Origin: an uncultured Desulfobacter sp.
GTDB taxonomy: Bacteria; Desulfobacterota; Desulfobacteria; Desulfobacterales; Desulfobacteraceae
Reading direction: 5' to 3'
Length of the DNA: 64,000 bases
Assembly (NCBI GenBank): GCA_963665095.1
Contig: OY762069.1
Location: forward strand, 3,456,001 to 3,520,000
The notes under the pieces are model-generated. The model was not told where the DNA came from and searched no databases. It saw nothing but the letters and a program-made list of their open reading frames with translations. The translations under genes were made by a program, and so were the position numbers. Shown one piece after another: positions 41,313 to 51,701 of this stretch (its first letter is position 1; every line of letters starts with the position of its first letter).

Positions 41313-42024
41313 TACAACCATACTGGTGGCAGAGGACGATATCCATATCCGGACCGGACTGACCGACACCCTGGAAAGCGAGGGGTATTCGGTGATTGAG
41401 GCGGGTGACGGCAATGAGGCGCTTGATGCCTTTGACAGGACAACACCGGACCTGGTGCTCCTGGATGTCATGATGCCGGGCAAAAGTGGTTATGATGTAT
41501 GCCAGACCATCCGGACCAAAGATGCGCAAGTGCCGGTGATCATGCTCACGGCCAAGGGAGAGGAGATCGACAAAGTGGTGGGGCTGAAACTGGGCGCAGA
41601 TGACTATATTACCAAACCCTTTGGCATCCACGAACTTCTGGCAAGGATTGATGCGGTACTGCGGCGGTCCAGGCTTGGCAGAGAAACGGCAGAATCCAAA
41701 AATGAAAATAAGAGGAAAACCCCGTTCACATTTGCCGGTTTTACCGTGGATCCCAAACGGTTCAAGCTCTTAAAAAAAGACAAAAGCAATGATCTGTCAA
41801 AAAGAGAAATTGACCTTTTGCTGCTTTTTGCCAGCCACCCGGGGGAGGTGCTGGACAGGGACACTATCCTGAACACTGTCTGGGGAATGGAATACGGCGG
41901 CACCACCCGGACCCTGGACCAGCACATAGCCATGTTGCGGAAAAAAATTGAGAAAAACCCGGCTACCCCCGCGGTCATCACAACCGTCCACGGCGTTGGA
42001 TACCGGTACGAACATAAGGATTAA
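41305..42024 (+). CDS. OmpR-family response regulator
   Basis: LLDVMMP, GADDYITKPF, TVHGVGYR. Confidence 0.93.
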   Translation: MNNTTILVAEDDIHIRTGLTDTLESEGYSVIEAGDGNEALDAFDRTTPDLVLLDVMMPGKSGYDVCQTIRTKDAQVPVIMLTAKGEEIDKVVGLKLGADDYITKPFGIHELLARIDAVLRRSRLGRETAESKNENKRKTPFTFAGFTVDPKRFKLLKKDKSNDLSKREIDLLLLFASHPGEVLDRDTILNTVWGMEYGGTTRTLDQHIAMLRKKIEKNPATPAVITTVHGVGYRYEHKD

Positions 42025-42027
42025 GGT

Positions 42028-42375
42028 TTAAACCGGTTCCTTTTCCAGGATGCTTAATCCCACAATTTTATGTCCAGGGTGACGCCCCTGCTCCGGGTCG
42101 GAGATGTGACGGATTTCCACCCGAACCGCCTCTGTTTCCCGGCGTCCTCCCCAGTGAAGCAGCGCTGAAAGAGTCTGTCCGGCTTCAAGGTGCTTCAGAA
42201 GTCTGGAGTCCTGCCTTGCAAGAATGCCTAAACCAGACTCGGACCAGTCCCGCAAAGGGAACTGATAGGCAAGCATATTCCCCTGGGGTTGAAACTCAAC
42301 AATAGCATTCTGGGTATCCTCATTTCGAATCTGGTTACGAAGCTCATTGCCCTCTGATTTATTTTCTTTTTCCAT
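42028..42375 (-). CDS. Hypothetical PilZ-like protein
   Basis: RNQIR…RDWSESGLG resembles the PilZ RxxxR and DxSxxG motifs. Confidence 0.55.
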   Translation of the reverse strand: MEKENKSEGNELRNQIRNEDTQNAIVEFQPQGNMLAYQFPLRDWSESGLGILARQDSRLLKHLEAGQTLSALLHWGGRRETEAVRVEIRHISDPEQGRHPGHKIVGLSILEKEPV

Positions 42376-42808
42376 GACCTGCCTGATTTTTTTAAGTAAA
42401 AAACGAACCGGTTTGTATTCTAAGACTATTTAGATAGTAAAATCAACAAATTGTTCTAGAAACCGGCTCAAAATATTCTTTTGTTTCAACCCTCCGCGTT
42501 GAATCAGGAAAATAAACCCTCCGTTCGGAAAGGCATATATGCTCACAATACTTATTTTTCTCCAGGTTATTACTAATCAATTCAGATCAAAACCACGCTT
42601 TGTATCTATTATTTTTATAAGCTTCCACTTATATATTTAATTTACCTATATCAATATTGACATCAGCTATCCTGAATCTATATAGTAATCGAATTATCGA
42701 ATAATCCTTTGAGGAAATTCGCAGGAGCGGTTTTCCACGAAATTACTAAGGGGTTGGATTAATTGATTATAGTGCCAGTAGTTTTTAAACAGCATCAAGG
42801 AGGTGCCC

Positions 42809-43765
42809 GTGAAAGACGAACACATGTTGCCTGAAACGCAACAAAAAAAATCAGGAGTTACCCGCCGTAGCTTCCTGAAGACTGTTGCCGGTGCGGCGGC
42901 CGGCATCGGTGTATCACAGGTGGTGAATCCTGCGCTTGTAAAGGCCCTCGAAAAAGGGCTGAAACGGCATCCGGTTCTCTGGATTCAGGGACAGGGATGC
43001 ACAGGCTGCTCTGTGAGCCTGCTCAACAGCGTTGATCCCAAAATCGCAGATGTCCTTCTCAAGGTGATCAGTCTCCAGTACCATCCCACGGTCATGGCCA
43101 GTGAAGGTGAAACCGCCATGGAAAATCTGTTTGCCGTTGCCAAAGAATACCAGGGGAGATTCTCACTTGTCGTAGAGGGCGCCATTCCCACGGCAGCCGA
43201 CGGCAAGTACTGCGTTGTTGGGGATTACAACCACAAAGAGTACACCATGGTTGACCTGGTCAAGGAGATCGCTCCCATGGCAGGCTCCTGTCTTGCTGTC
43301 GGCACCTGTGCCGCATACGGCGGCATTCCGGCTGCCAAAGGCAATGTTACCGGAGCCACCGGCTGTAAGGATTTTTTCGCAGATAACGGTATCAAAACGC
43401 CTCTTGTCAATATTCCGGGTTGCCCGCCCCATCCGGACTGGATTGTCCTTTCCGTTGTGCATCTTCTGGAAAAGGGCATTCCTGAACTCGATGACTACGG
43501 CCGTCCCACGCTGTTTTTCGGTGAGAACATCCATGACAACTGCCCACGGCTTGAAATGTATGAAAATGACGAGCTGGCCAAAACCCTGTCCGACCCCAAG
43601 GGCTGCCGCATGGATATCGGCTGCAAGGGACCGTCCACCTATGCGGACTGCTACAAGAGAAAATGGAACAGCGGCCTGAACTGGTGCGTGGATAATGCCG
43701 TGTGTATCGGTTGCGTTGAACCCGGATTCCCGGATGAATCATCACCCTTTTACGAACCCGCATAA
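42809..43765 (+). CDS. hysB: [NiFeSe] hydrogenase small subunit
   Basis: Tat TRRSFLK; GCTGCS, GTCAAYGG, PGCPPHP, HDNC, CIGC. Confidence 0.92.
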   Translation: MKDEHMLPETQQKKSGVTRRSFLKTVAGAAAGIGVSQVVNPALVKALEKGLKRHPVLWIQGQGCTGCSVSLLNSVDPKIADVLLKVISLQYHPTVMASEGETAMENLFAVAKEYQGRFSLVVEGAIPTAADGKYCVVGDYNHKEYTMVDLVKEIAPMAGSCLAVGTCAAYGGIPAAKGNVTGATGCKDFFADNGIKTPLVNIPGCPPHPDWIVLSVVHLLEKGIPELDDYGRPTLFFGENIHDNCPRLEMYENDELAKTLSDPKGCRMDIGCKGPSTYADCYKRKWNSGLNWCVDNAVCIGCVEPGFPDESSPFYEPA

Positions 43766-43794
43766 TTCACCGGAACTGATTAGGAGGAATACTT

Positions 43795-45306
43795 ATGTCA
43801 GGCAGTAAACCAGCTACCGAGCCCGTCGGCAGCTCCAAAAAACTTAAGGTCAGTATTGATCCGGTCACCAGGATCGAAGGCCATCTCAAGGCAGAGGTGG
43901 AAGTTAAGAACGGCGTTGTTGTAGACGCCCATTTATCCGGCGGCATGTACCGGGGGTTTGAACAGATCCTGGTGGGCCGTGATCCCAGGGATGCGGTTCA
44001 GATCACCCAGAGAATCTGCGGGGTGTGCCCCACAGCCCATGCCACGGCATCGTCCCTGGCACTGGATGACGCCTTTGGTGTCACCCTTACAGACAACGGA
44101 CGGATTGCCAGGAACCTGATTCTGGGTGCCAACTTCATCCAGTCTCATATCCTTCATTTTTACCATCTGGCGGCCCTGGATTATGTCAAAGGTCCGGACA
44201 CCGCCCCCTTTATTCCCAGATATAAAAATCATGATCTGCGCCTGCCCAAAGATATCAATGATGTGGGCGTGGGCCAGTACCTTGAAGCCCTTGAGATGCG
44301 TAAAATCTGCCATGAGATGGTGGCGCTTCTCGGCGGCAAAATGCCCCATGTCCAGGGTATTGTGGTGGGCGGCACCACGGAGATTCCCACCCGGGAAGCC
44401 CTGAACGCCTATGCGGAGCGGTTCAAGAAAGTCCGTAAATTCGTCATGGAAAAATATATCCCTGTGATCTACACCCTGGCAGGCCCTTACGGCGATCTGC
44501 TTAAAACCGGTGTGGGTCATAAGAACCTGGTCTCCTGGGGCGTTTTCCCCATAGACAACAAGGGAAACACGCTGTTGAAACCAGGTGTCTACACCGACGG
44601 AAAAGACTATACAGTGGATCCGGCCCAGATTAAGGAATATGTTAAATACTCCTGGTTTGAAGACGGCACCACAGGGCTGAACCCCACCGTGGGTAAAACC
44701 CGTCCCCAGCCGGGGAAAGCCGGTGCCTACTCTTTTATCAAGGCCCCGAGATACAATGACAAACCCCATGAAGGCGGTCCCCTTGCCAGAATGTGGGCCA
44801 CCAACCCGGAACTGTCCAAAGCCGGCCAGGACGCATTGGGCGTTAAAAAACTGCGCGACATCGGTGATGCCTGCTTCTCCATTCTGGGCCGTCATCTGGC
44901 AAGGGCTGAAGAGACCGGTCTGGTTTGCGCGGCTGTGGAACAGTGGCTGGCCGAAGCCACCCCGGGCAAAGAGACCTTTGTACCGGCAGACATTCCTGAA
45001 AACGCAGAAGGCCTTGGCATGACAGAGGCCCCACGAGGTGCGCTGCTGCACTATGTGGACATCAAGGACTCGGTTATTTCCAATTACCAGATCACCTCAG
45101 CCACCATCTGGAACGCCAACCCCAGGGATGACATGGGCCAAAGAGGCCCCATTGAAGAGGCCCTGATCGGCGTGCCCGTACCTGATGTGGACAATCCGGT
45201 GAATGTCGGGCGCCTGATACGCGCCTACGACCCCTGACTGGGCTGCGCCGTCCACGTGCTGGACGCAGATACCGGCAAGGAAATTAAAGTGGAACTTCCC
45301 CTGTAA
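43795..45306 (+). CDS. hysA: [NiFeSe] hydrogenase large subunit, selenocysteine at in-frame UGA 45235-45237
   Basis: RICGVC L1 motif; YDP-U-LGCAVH L2 motif continues past TGA to TAA at 45304-45306. Confidence 0.95.
45243..45268 (+). promoter_or_regulatory. Putative bacterial SECIS hairpin
   Basis: CTGC…GTCCA-CGTGC-TGGAC-GCAG stem-loop just 3' of the UGA. Confidence 0.6.
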
Positions 45307-45336
45307 CGGATTCCCTTTATAAAAAATCACAATACC

Positions 45337-45372
45337 ATGGGGAGGCAGGAATTCCAGCCTCCCCATTTTTTT
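45337..45372 (+). terminator. Intrinsic terminator after hysA
   Basis: ATGGGGAGGC…GCCTCCCCAT followed by a T run. Confidence 0.85.
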
Positions 45373-45456
45373 AACCATTACTTCACGACTTGAAAACCGT
45401 TGAGATTCCGGTTAAAAATAAGGCGTTGAAAGCGTTTAACAAAACAGGTCTAATAT

Positions 45457-45939
45457 ATGAAAAAATTACTGGTTCTGGGTGTGGGCAATATCTTAATGCA
45501 GGATGAGGGCATCGGCGTCCATGCCATCAACGCCTTCTGGGAAGAGTTGGATGACTGGAAAGAGGCGGATGTGGATTTCATTGACGGCGGCACCTTTACC
45601 CAGGATATCTTCTACCTGTTTGAAGAGTACGAAAACATCCTGGTCCTGGATATTGTCCGGGCGGGCCAGGAGCCCGGCACCATCTTCACCCTGGAAGAGG
45701 ACCAGCTTCGAAAAGATGAAAAGCAGATGCTCTCTTTGCATGACATCGACCTTCTGGACTCCCTGGGCATGGCTGAAATGCGCGGTCACAGGCCCTATCT
45801 TCGGGTGGTGGGCATTGAGCCGGATACCATTGACTGGGGAACGGAACTTACCCCACCTTTAGCTGAAGCTTTTACCGGTTATTTAAAGGTGATCCGCAAA
45901 CATATCAAACAGATACTTACTACATCCGGAACATCCTGA
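45457..45939 (+). CDS. Hydrogenase maturation endopeptidase
   Basis: LGVGNILMQDEGIG, IDGGT, SLH. Confidence 0.92.
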   Translation: MKKLLVLGVGNILMQDEGIGVHAINAFWEELDDWKEADVDFIDGGTFTQDIFYLFEEYENILVLDIVRAGQEPGTIFTLEEDQLRKDEKQMLSLHDIDLLDSLGMAEMRGHRPYLRVVGIEPDTIDWGTELTPPLAEAFTGYLKVIRKHIKQILTTSGTS

Positions 45940-46065
45940 TCTCATTGTTTTTTTTCACTGCGCGGCTTGGCAAAAATTCCGGATCTTTCATAGTGATAAA
46001 TGCATGCAGATTTTATGATCTGTATGCATCCTTTCTTACCCCTTTAGTTTTAAGGAGGCCTTCGT

Positions 46066-46470
46066 ATGGTTACATTAAAAATCGCAAAGAAACTGCTTGA
46101 TGCCGCCGAGAAAAAGGCAACGGAAATCAAGGTGCCCATGGTGATCACCATCATGGATGCCGGTGCCCGCCTTGTGGCCCAGCACCGCATGGACGGAGCG
46201 CTTTTAGCAAGCCTTGAGATCTCCAAACAAAAAGCATACACCGCCATTGCGCTGCAGGGGCCCACCCATGCCTTTGCCGAGGCAGCCGCCCCGGGCGGCT
46301 CCCTTTACGGATTGATCACAACCGACCAGAGCCGTCTGGTTGTATTTGGCGGTGGATTTCCCCTGAAAGATAAAAAGGGAAATATCGTTGGATCAATTGG
46401 CGTGAGCGGTGGCTCCGTTGAAGAGGACATGACCTGTGCTGAAGCAGGCGTCGCAGCGTTTAAAGGTTGA
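46066..46470 (+). CDS. GlcG/HbpS-family heme-binding protein
   Basis: RMDGA…KAYTA…GGGFPL…GSIGVSGG. Confidence 0.88.
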   Translation: MVTLKIAKKLLDAAEKKATEIKVPMVITIMDAGARLVAQHRMDGALLASLEISKQKAYTAIALQGPTHAFAEAAAPGGSLYGLITTDQSRLVVFGGGFPLKDKKGNIVGSIGVSGGSVEEDMTCAEAGVAAFKG

Positions 46471-46473
46471 TTA

Positions 46474-46785
46474 TTACTGATTTCCGCCATCCTGGAGGCC
46501 GCAAGCCTTGCCAGGATGGTTTTTTTTGTTGTTTGCCCACAGGGATTTACGATAGTCAGAAGGACGGACTCCGTACTCCTTAAAAAAAGAAGCGGCAAAA
46601 TGGCTTGAACTGCAAAATCCCGATTCATACGCGATCCACGTCAGATCCACCGGGTTTTCTTCCATGAGCATCCGGGCATAGGACAGCCACTCTTTTCGCA
46701 GGTATTCAAATACCGTGTATCCAAACACCGCTTTGAACCCTTTATTCAGCTGGGTGTGGCTCAGGCCGGATTTGACCGGATAGAT
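46474..46785 (-). pseudogene. AraC-family regulator C-terminal remnant
   Basis: GLSHTQLNKGFKAVFG…IAYESGFCSSSHFAASFFKEYGVRP; upstream in-frame stop, no N-terminal domain. Confidence 0.7.
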
Positions 46786-46911
46786 TCAAAGATGGTCCAT
46801 CTGCCCAGCGGTGGTTAAATAAACATAGAGATGCCACAATTTTGGGATTAATCCGGCCTGACCGGTTGACATTTAAATCCATCGGGTATATTTACGCACC
46901 ATTCATTATTG

Positions 46912-46924
46912 ACCGACGGTCGGT
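46912..46924. promoter_or_regulatory. Putative TetR operator
   Basis: Palindrome ACCGAC-G-GTCGGT about 40 bp upstream of the tetR-family start. Confidence 0.6.
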
Positions 46925-46964
46925 TTATAGATTGCCATTACTATCCAATGGAGCTGCAATTGAA

Positions 46965-47588
46965 ATGGTTAGAGTTGTAAAAAAACCAGATGAACGGCGC
47001 AGGGAAATTATTCAAGCTGCCAGAACACTTTTCGAGACCCAGGCATATCACAAGACAACCATGCAGGAAATCATGAAGACCCTCAATATCGCCAAGGGGA
47101 CCATCTACCACTACTTTTCTTCCAAGGATGATCTGTTGGAAGCGGTTGTTGAAGACCTTATTGACGAAGAGCTTGAACGAAAAAAGAACCTGCTGGACAG
47201 CAAGGCATGCCGGAATCTCAACGCTTTGGAAAAAATAAAAATTATGGTGACAACAGATACCATGGCAGAAAAAAATGAACAGATTCTGGAAAACATTCAT
47301 GCCCAGGAAAACACGCGCATGCATTCAAGACAGCTTGGCCGTTACCTGGTAAAACTAGCGCCTCTTTTTGCAGAGGTAATTGAGCAGGGGTGCCATGAGG
47401 GTGTATTCAAAACCGGCCATCCTTTGGAGTGTGCCGAATTCATGCTGGCCGGGGTCCAGTTTTTAACGGATGTGGGATTTTACCCCTGGGAGAATGACCA
47501 GCTTGCACGTCGGGCCAGTGCCTTTCCCGCCTTAATTGAATCACAGCTTAACGCCCCCAAAGGCGCGTTTGGCTTTCTCATCGGATAA
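46965..47588 (+). CDS. TetR/AcrR family regulator
   Basis: RRREIIQAA…IAKGTIYHYFSSKDDL. Confidence 0.92.
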   Translation: MVRVVKKPDERRREIIQAARTLFETQAYHKTTMQEIMKTLNIAKGTIYHYFSSKDDLLEAVVEDLIDEELERKKNLLDSKACRNLNALEKIKIMVTTDTMAEKNEQILENIHAQENTRMHSRQLGRYLVKLAPLFAEVIEQGCHEGVFKTGHPLECAEFMLAGVQFLTDVGFYPWENDQLARRASAFPALIESQLNAPKGAFGFLIG

Positions 47589-47812
47589 AAGAACCGCTTT
47601 TAAACAGGAGCATATAATTAAGATGGTCTCCCAGAAAAACTATTTTCCAGGAATTAATTTTCCCCTGGTCCTTTTAACCACATCAATTTTCTGGATTCCC
47701 GGGGCATGTATGAGCTTTAATCATGCAGAACCTGGTTTGTTTTTTTCCACAACCCACCTTGTTTCCGATGAAACAAGATAATTTAAACTAGTTATTCAGG
47801 AATTATCACATC

Positions 47813-48772
47813 ATGAAATCTATTTATTACTGGCTGCCGGCTCTTTTTTTATTCATTTCGGTGACGGTGAATGCACAAGAACAGGAAAAGGAAAATTACG
47901 GATTCTCCGGGAGGATTCAGGCGGGCGCTCTTTTCTTTCAAACGGACAGCCAGCTGATCGCAACAGACAACAACCTTGTAAACCATGACCTTAAAGATTC
48001 TGCAGAGACCTATGATAATAGCATGTTCTTTGCCACGGGACAGGTGCAGTACCAGTTTAAAAGCGGGACCACCCTGTATGTGGGTAATCCTCTGGAGGTG
48101 GGACAGGATGTCACCCTTGCCGCAGGCGTTACGCACCCCATGGACACCACGACCCTGGACGTGGCTGTGACCTGGCTGCCCTTTGGTGAGGTCTGGAAGA
48201 ATCCCTATTTAACCGGAAAGAAAAGGCAGAAAAGCGATTTAGATTCCTATGGACTGCGCTTGAAACTGACCCAGATTCTGGGCAGCCCGTGGGAGGCGGA
48301 GTATAAGCTTTGCAGTATCAATGTCGAAGAAGATGACATAGGAGACCTGGAAGCCGATCTGCAACGGGACGGACGGGTCCACGAACTGGGAATCAAATAC
48401 ACCATTCCGGTGGGATCAGGCACCAGTATCCGCCCGGATCTCGGTCTTAGTTTCGGAGACATCAAAGGTAAAAGCAACCGCTATCACGGGGTCAGTGCCG
48501 GAGTATTGTGCCGGAAACAGGCTTTTCCCTGGATTTTTATCGGCCGGATCGGCGGTTCTTTTAAGCAGTATGACAGCACCCATCCGATTTTTAATGAAAC
48601 AAGAAATGAATGGGGCTTGAATGTATTCGGCCAGGTGATGAGACTCAACCTGTTTGGAGTAGAGCCCCTTTTTGCAAGCCTGATGGCGGGCTATGGACAC
48701 TCAGATGCCAATATTGATTTCTTTGACAGCCACTCTACAATCGCCATGATCAGTTCAGGGGTTAATTTCTAA
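47813..48772 (+). CDS. Outer-membrane beta-barrel protein (DUF2860-like)
   Basis: Signal peptide, VWKNPYLTG motif, C-terminal Phe. Confidence 0.65.
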   Translation: MKSIYYWLPALFLFISVTVNAQEQEKENYGFSGRIQAGALFFQTDSQLIATDNNLVNHDLKDSAETYDNSMFFATGQVQYQFKSGTTLYVGNPLEVGQDVTLAAGVTHPMDTTTLDVAVTWLPFGEVWKNPYLTGKKRQKSDLDSYGLRLKLTQILGSPWEAEYKLCSINVEEDDIGDLEADLQRDGRVHELGIKYTIPVGSGTSIRPDLGLSFGDIKGKSNRYHGVSAGVLCRKQAFPWIFIGRIGGSFKQYDSTHPIFNETRNEWGLNVFGQVMRLNLFGVEPLFASLMAGYGHSDANIDFFDSHSTIAMISSGVNF

Positions 48773-49155
48773 TGAATCAGTTCAATGGGAAACTGCGTCA
48801 GCATTTTGTCCATTGTGGCCAAAGGCATTTCTTCGAGTTTGGACTGGGCAGCCAGCATACGGTCAAACGGGTCTTTGTGGGGCACGTCCCACATCCCTGC
48901 CATCTGGGCATGTTCAGGTTTTATCGCCATGGAATGAAATCCTGCTTTGACAATCCACTTAGGGACATCGGCAGCCACAGCCTGGGCTTCCGGTAATTTG
49001 CCGATCCTGTATTTCGTTGCAATTTCCCAGACTGACGCGGCACTCACAAAGATCGTTGTATCCATATTTTGAATCTGTTTGCGCAGGCTGTCTGACAGAT
49101 GCGGGTCATCAAACAGCCACCAAAGGAAAATATGTGTATCAAGCAATATCACCAT
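48769..49155 (-). CDS. vapC: VapC/PIN toxin
   Basis: LLDTHIFLW, SAASVWEI, HKDPFDRML. Confidence 0.92.
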   Translation of the reverse strand: MVILLDTHIFLWWLFDDPHLSDSLRKQIQNMDTTIFVSAASVWEIATKYRIGKLPEAQAVAADVPKWIVKAGFHSMAIKPEHAQMAGMWDVPHKDPFDRMLAAQSKLEEMPLATMDKMLTQFPIELIH

Positions 49156-49377
49156 TTATTCCCAGGCTTGAAGTTCATCATCCGGTAAAGGGTCAAAAAA
49201 GGCGTCTGTCACTCGGCCGTTGGCGATGCCGGGCTTTCTGTGCGCCTGTTTTTTCAGTGGGACCAGTCTGGCATAGGGTTTTCCCGCTTTGGAAATAATA
49301 ATTTCCTCACCGGCATGAACCCGCAGCAGCAACTTTGAAAAATGAGTTTTTGCTTCATGAATATTTATTGATTCCAT
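49156..49377 (-). CDS. Phd/YefM antitoxin
   Basis: NIHEAKTHFSKL…IIISKAGKPYARL. Confidence 0.92.
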   Translation of the reverse strand: MESINIHEAKTHFSKLLLRVHAGEEIIISKAGKPYARLVPLKKQAHRKPGIANGRVTDAFFDPLPDDELQAWE

Positions 49378-49482
49378 TCTGTCAGCCCCCACCATAGGTT
49401 AGTCCATTTGCCTTAGTCTACCTCTTTAACGAGAATCATGTCAAGATATAGAGGCTTTTACTCGTTTCGAAGCTCAACCGTG

Positions 49483-50496
49483 TCAGCAGATCCGGGGCAG
49501 CTGCTCCCCGACCAGCATATCCACAATGCGGGTGCCGCCGATAAGGGTTTCGAGTATTACCCGGCCGGGATCCTGGTCTGTGACCTCTCCTACGATCACG
49601 GCCTCTTTGCCGAACTCATCTTTGTGGATGGTTTCAAGGACCTTTTGGGCATGGGCTTCGGGGACAATGGCGATGAGTTTTCCTTCATTGGCAAGATATA
49701 AGGGATCAAAGCCTAAAAGTTCGCAGATGCCCTGGACCGGACCGCGGACCGGCAGCTTTTCTTCAAAGAGCTTGATGCCCACTTTTGACTGAACGGCAAT
49801 TTCGTTCAATGTCGTACCAAGTCCACCGCGAGTGGGATCGCGCAGGACATGGACCGGGCATCCCAGGTCCAGAATAGCCTGAACCATATGGTTTAACGGG
49901 GCGGAGTCGCTTTTTACATCAGAGTCGAATTTCAATCCTTCCCGTTCGCTTAAGATGGTAACCCCGTGGTCGGCAATGGTGCCGGAGACAATCACTTTGT
50001 CTCCGGGCTGGGCACAGTCGCCGGAGACATTTACGCCTTCCCGAATTAGTCCGATCCCGGACGTATTAATGAAGATCTTGTCTACCTTGCCTTTGGGCAC
50101 TACTTTGGTATCGCCGGTGACGATCTGAACCCCTGCTTTTCTGGCCGCATCGGCCATGGAGTGAAGAATGCGTTTAAGATCTGCTGTCTTCATGCCCTCT
50201 TCAATGATCAGTCCCACGGAGAGGTACAAAGGTTTGGCCCCGCACATGGAGACATCGTTGACCGTGCCGTTAACCGCCAGCTCCCCGATATCCCCGCCGG
50301 GGAAAAAGATGGGATCCACGGTATAGGAGTCAGTTGAAAAGGCAAGTTTTCCCGCAGGCACATCAAATACGGCTCCGTCATCCTGCCTGGCCAGGTGGGC
50401 ATTTTCAAACAGGGGCAGAATCATTTCCGCAAACATGGCGTGGGAGGCTTTGCCCCCGGCGCCTTGGTCCAGAAGAACTGTATCATTATCGCTCAT
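49483..50496 (-). CDS. hypE: Hydrogenase maturation protein HypE
   Basis: TDSYTVDPIFFPGG, DPTRGG, C-terminal PRIC. Confidence 0.96.
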   Translation of the reverse strand: MSDNDTVLLDQGAGGKASHAMFAEMILPLFENAHLARQDDGAVFDVPAGKLAFSTDSYTVDPIFFPGGDIGELAVNGTVNDVSMCGAKPLYLSVGLIIEEGMKTADLKRILHSMADAARKAGVQIVTGDTKVVPKGKVDKIFINTSGIGLIREGVNVSGDCAQPGDKVIVSGTIADHGVTILSEREGLKFDSDVKSDSAPLNHMVQAILDLGCPVHVLRDPTRGGLGTTLNEIAVQSKVGIKLFEEKLPVRGPVQGICELLGFDPLYLANEGKLIAIVPEAHAQKVLETIHKDEFGKEAVIVGEVTDQDPGRVILETLIGGTRIVDMLVGEQLPRIC

Positions 50497-50584
50497 GTTA
50501 TTATCCTTGATTTTCCGGGATCCCAAAGCACCGGCCGAATCCGGCGCGGCAGTTACCTGATCCAGGATCAATTGTCCTTGTATC

Positions 50585-51673
50585 TTACCGGCTGTATTTA
50601 TAAAAGGCAGCACACGACCCTTCGCTTGACACCATGCAGGGCCCCACCGGATGCATGGGGGTGCAGGCCTTTTTATATAGTTTGCACTCATCCGGCCGTT
50701 TCAGACCCATTAAAATCTGTCCACAGGCGCATCCGGGCGGCTCTTTTGTTTCAGGGACGGACATCTTAAATTTTCCGGCGGCATCAAATTGACTGAACTC
50801 CTTTTTCAGGACCATACCGGAATCAGGAATGGGGCCAATCCCCCGCCACAGGGCATCTCCCTTTTCAAACGCCTGTTCCATGACGGCCCGGGCTTTGGGG
50901 TTTCCGGCATCTGCCACAGCCCTTGGATAGGCGTTAACCAGTTCGGGCCGGCTTCCTTCATTCATCTCCACCAGCATGAGGACGGACTGAAGGATATCTA
51001 CCGGTTCAAACCCTGTGACCACTGACGGGATCTGATACTTTTCAAAGGTATCATAGAAAGCATCCAGCCCGGTGATCACGGATACGTGTCCCGGCAGAAT
51101 AAATCCGTCAATTTTCACCCCATCGGTTTCCATGAGTGCGGCTAAGGCCGGCGGGGTCAGTTTGTTGGCGCTATAGATGCTGAAATTTTCCACCCCCTGG
51201 GCTTTCGCCGTAAGAACAGCGCCGGCAATGGTGGGAATGGTGGTTTCAAACCCCACGGCGCAGAAGACCACCTCTTTATCCGGGTTCTCTTTGGCCACGG
51301 CAAGGGCATCAAAAATAGAGTAAACCATGCGAACATCGGCACCTTTGGCCTTTTCTGCGGCCAGGCTGGATCCGGAGCCCGGCACCTTCATCAGATCTCC
51401 GAAGGTGGTCAGAATCACCTCGGGTCTTCGTGCCAGCATGACATAGGCATCAATGTCCTTCTGGGCGGTGACGCACACAGGACACCCCGGCCCTGAGAGC
51501 AGTGTGATGGTATCCGGCAGCACAGACCTGATGCCGTAACGAAAGATAGCCATGGTATGGGTGCCGCACACCTCCATCAGACGCAAGGGTTTGCGGCTTT
51601 TTTCACGAATCTGGGTCACCAGGGCCTTGGCAAGTTCCGGGTCCCTGAATTCCTTGCTGTATGTCAAGCTCAT
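50585..51673 (-). CDS. hypD: Hydrogenase maturation protein HypD
   Basis: MEVCGTHT, GPGCPVC, GFETT, PGHV, CMVSSEGSC. Confidence 0.97.
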   Translation of the reverse strand: MSLTYSKEFRDPELAKALVTQIREKSRKPLRLMEVCGTHTMAIFRYGIRSVLPDTITLLSGPGCPVCVTAQKDIDAYVMLARRPEVILTTFGDLMKVPGSGSSLAAEKAKGADVRMVYSIFDALAVAKENPDKEVVFCAVGFETTIPTIAGAVLTAKAQGVENFSIYSANKLTPPALAALMETDGVKIDGFILPGHVSVITGLDAFYDTFEKYQIPSVVTGFEPVDILQSVLMLVEMNEGSRPELVNAYPRAVADAGNPKARAVMEQAFEKGDALWRGIGPIPDSGMVLKKEFSQFDAAGKFKMSVPETKEPPGCACGQILMGLKRPDECKLYKKACTPMHPVGPCMVSSEGSCAAFYKYSR

Positions 51674-51701
51674 GGGCTGCCTTTATCTGCTTTATTATAT
51701 G

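Noticed and set aside
43933..45051. 372-aa antisense ORF over hysA, and similar long antisense ORFs over other GC-rich genes
   Set aside because: Shadow frames of well-supported genes with no motifs of their own.
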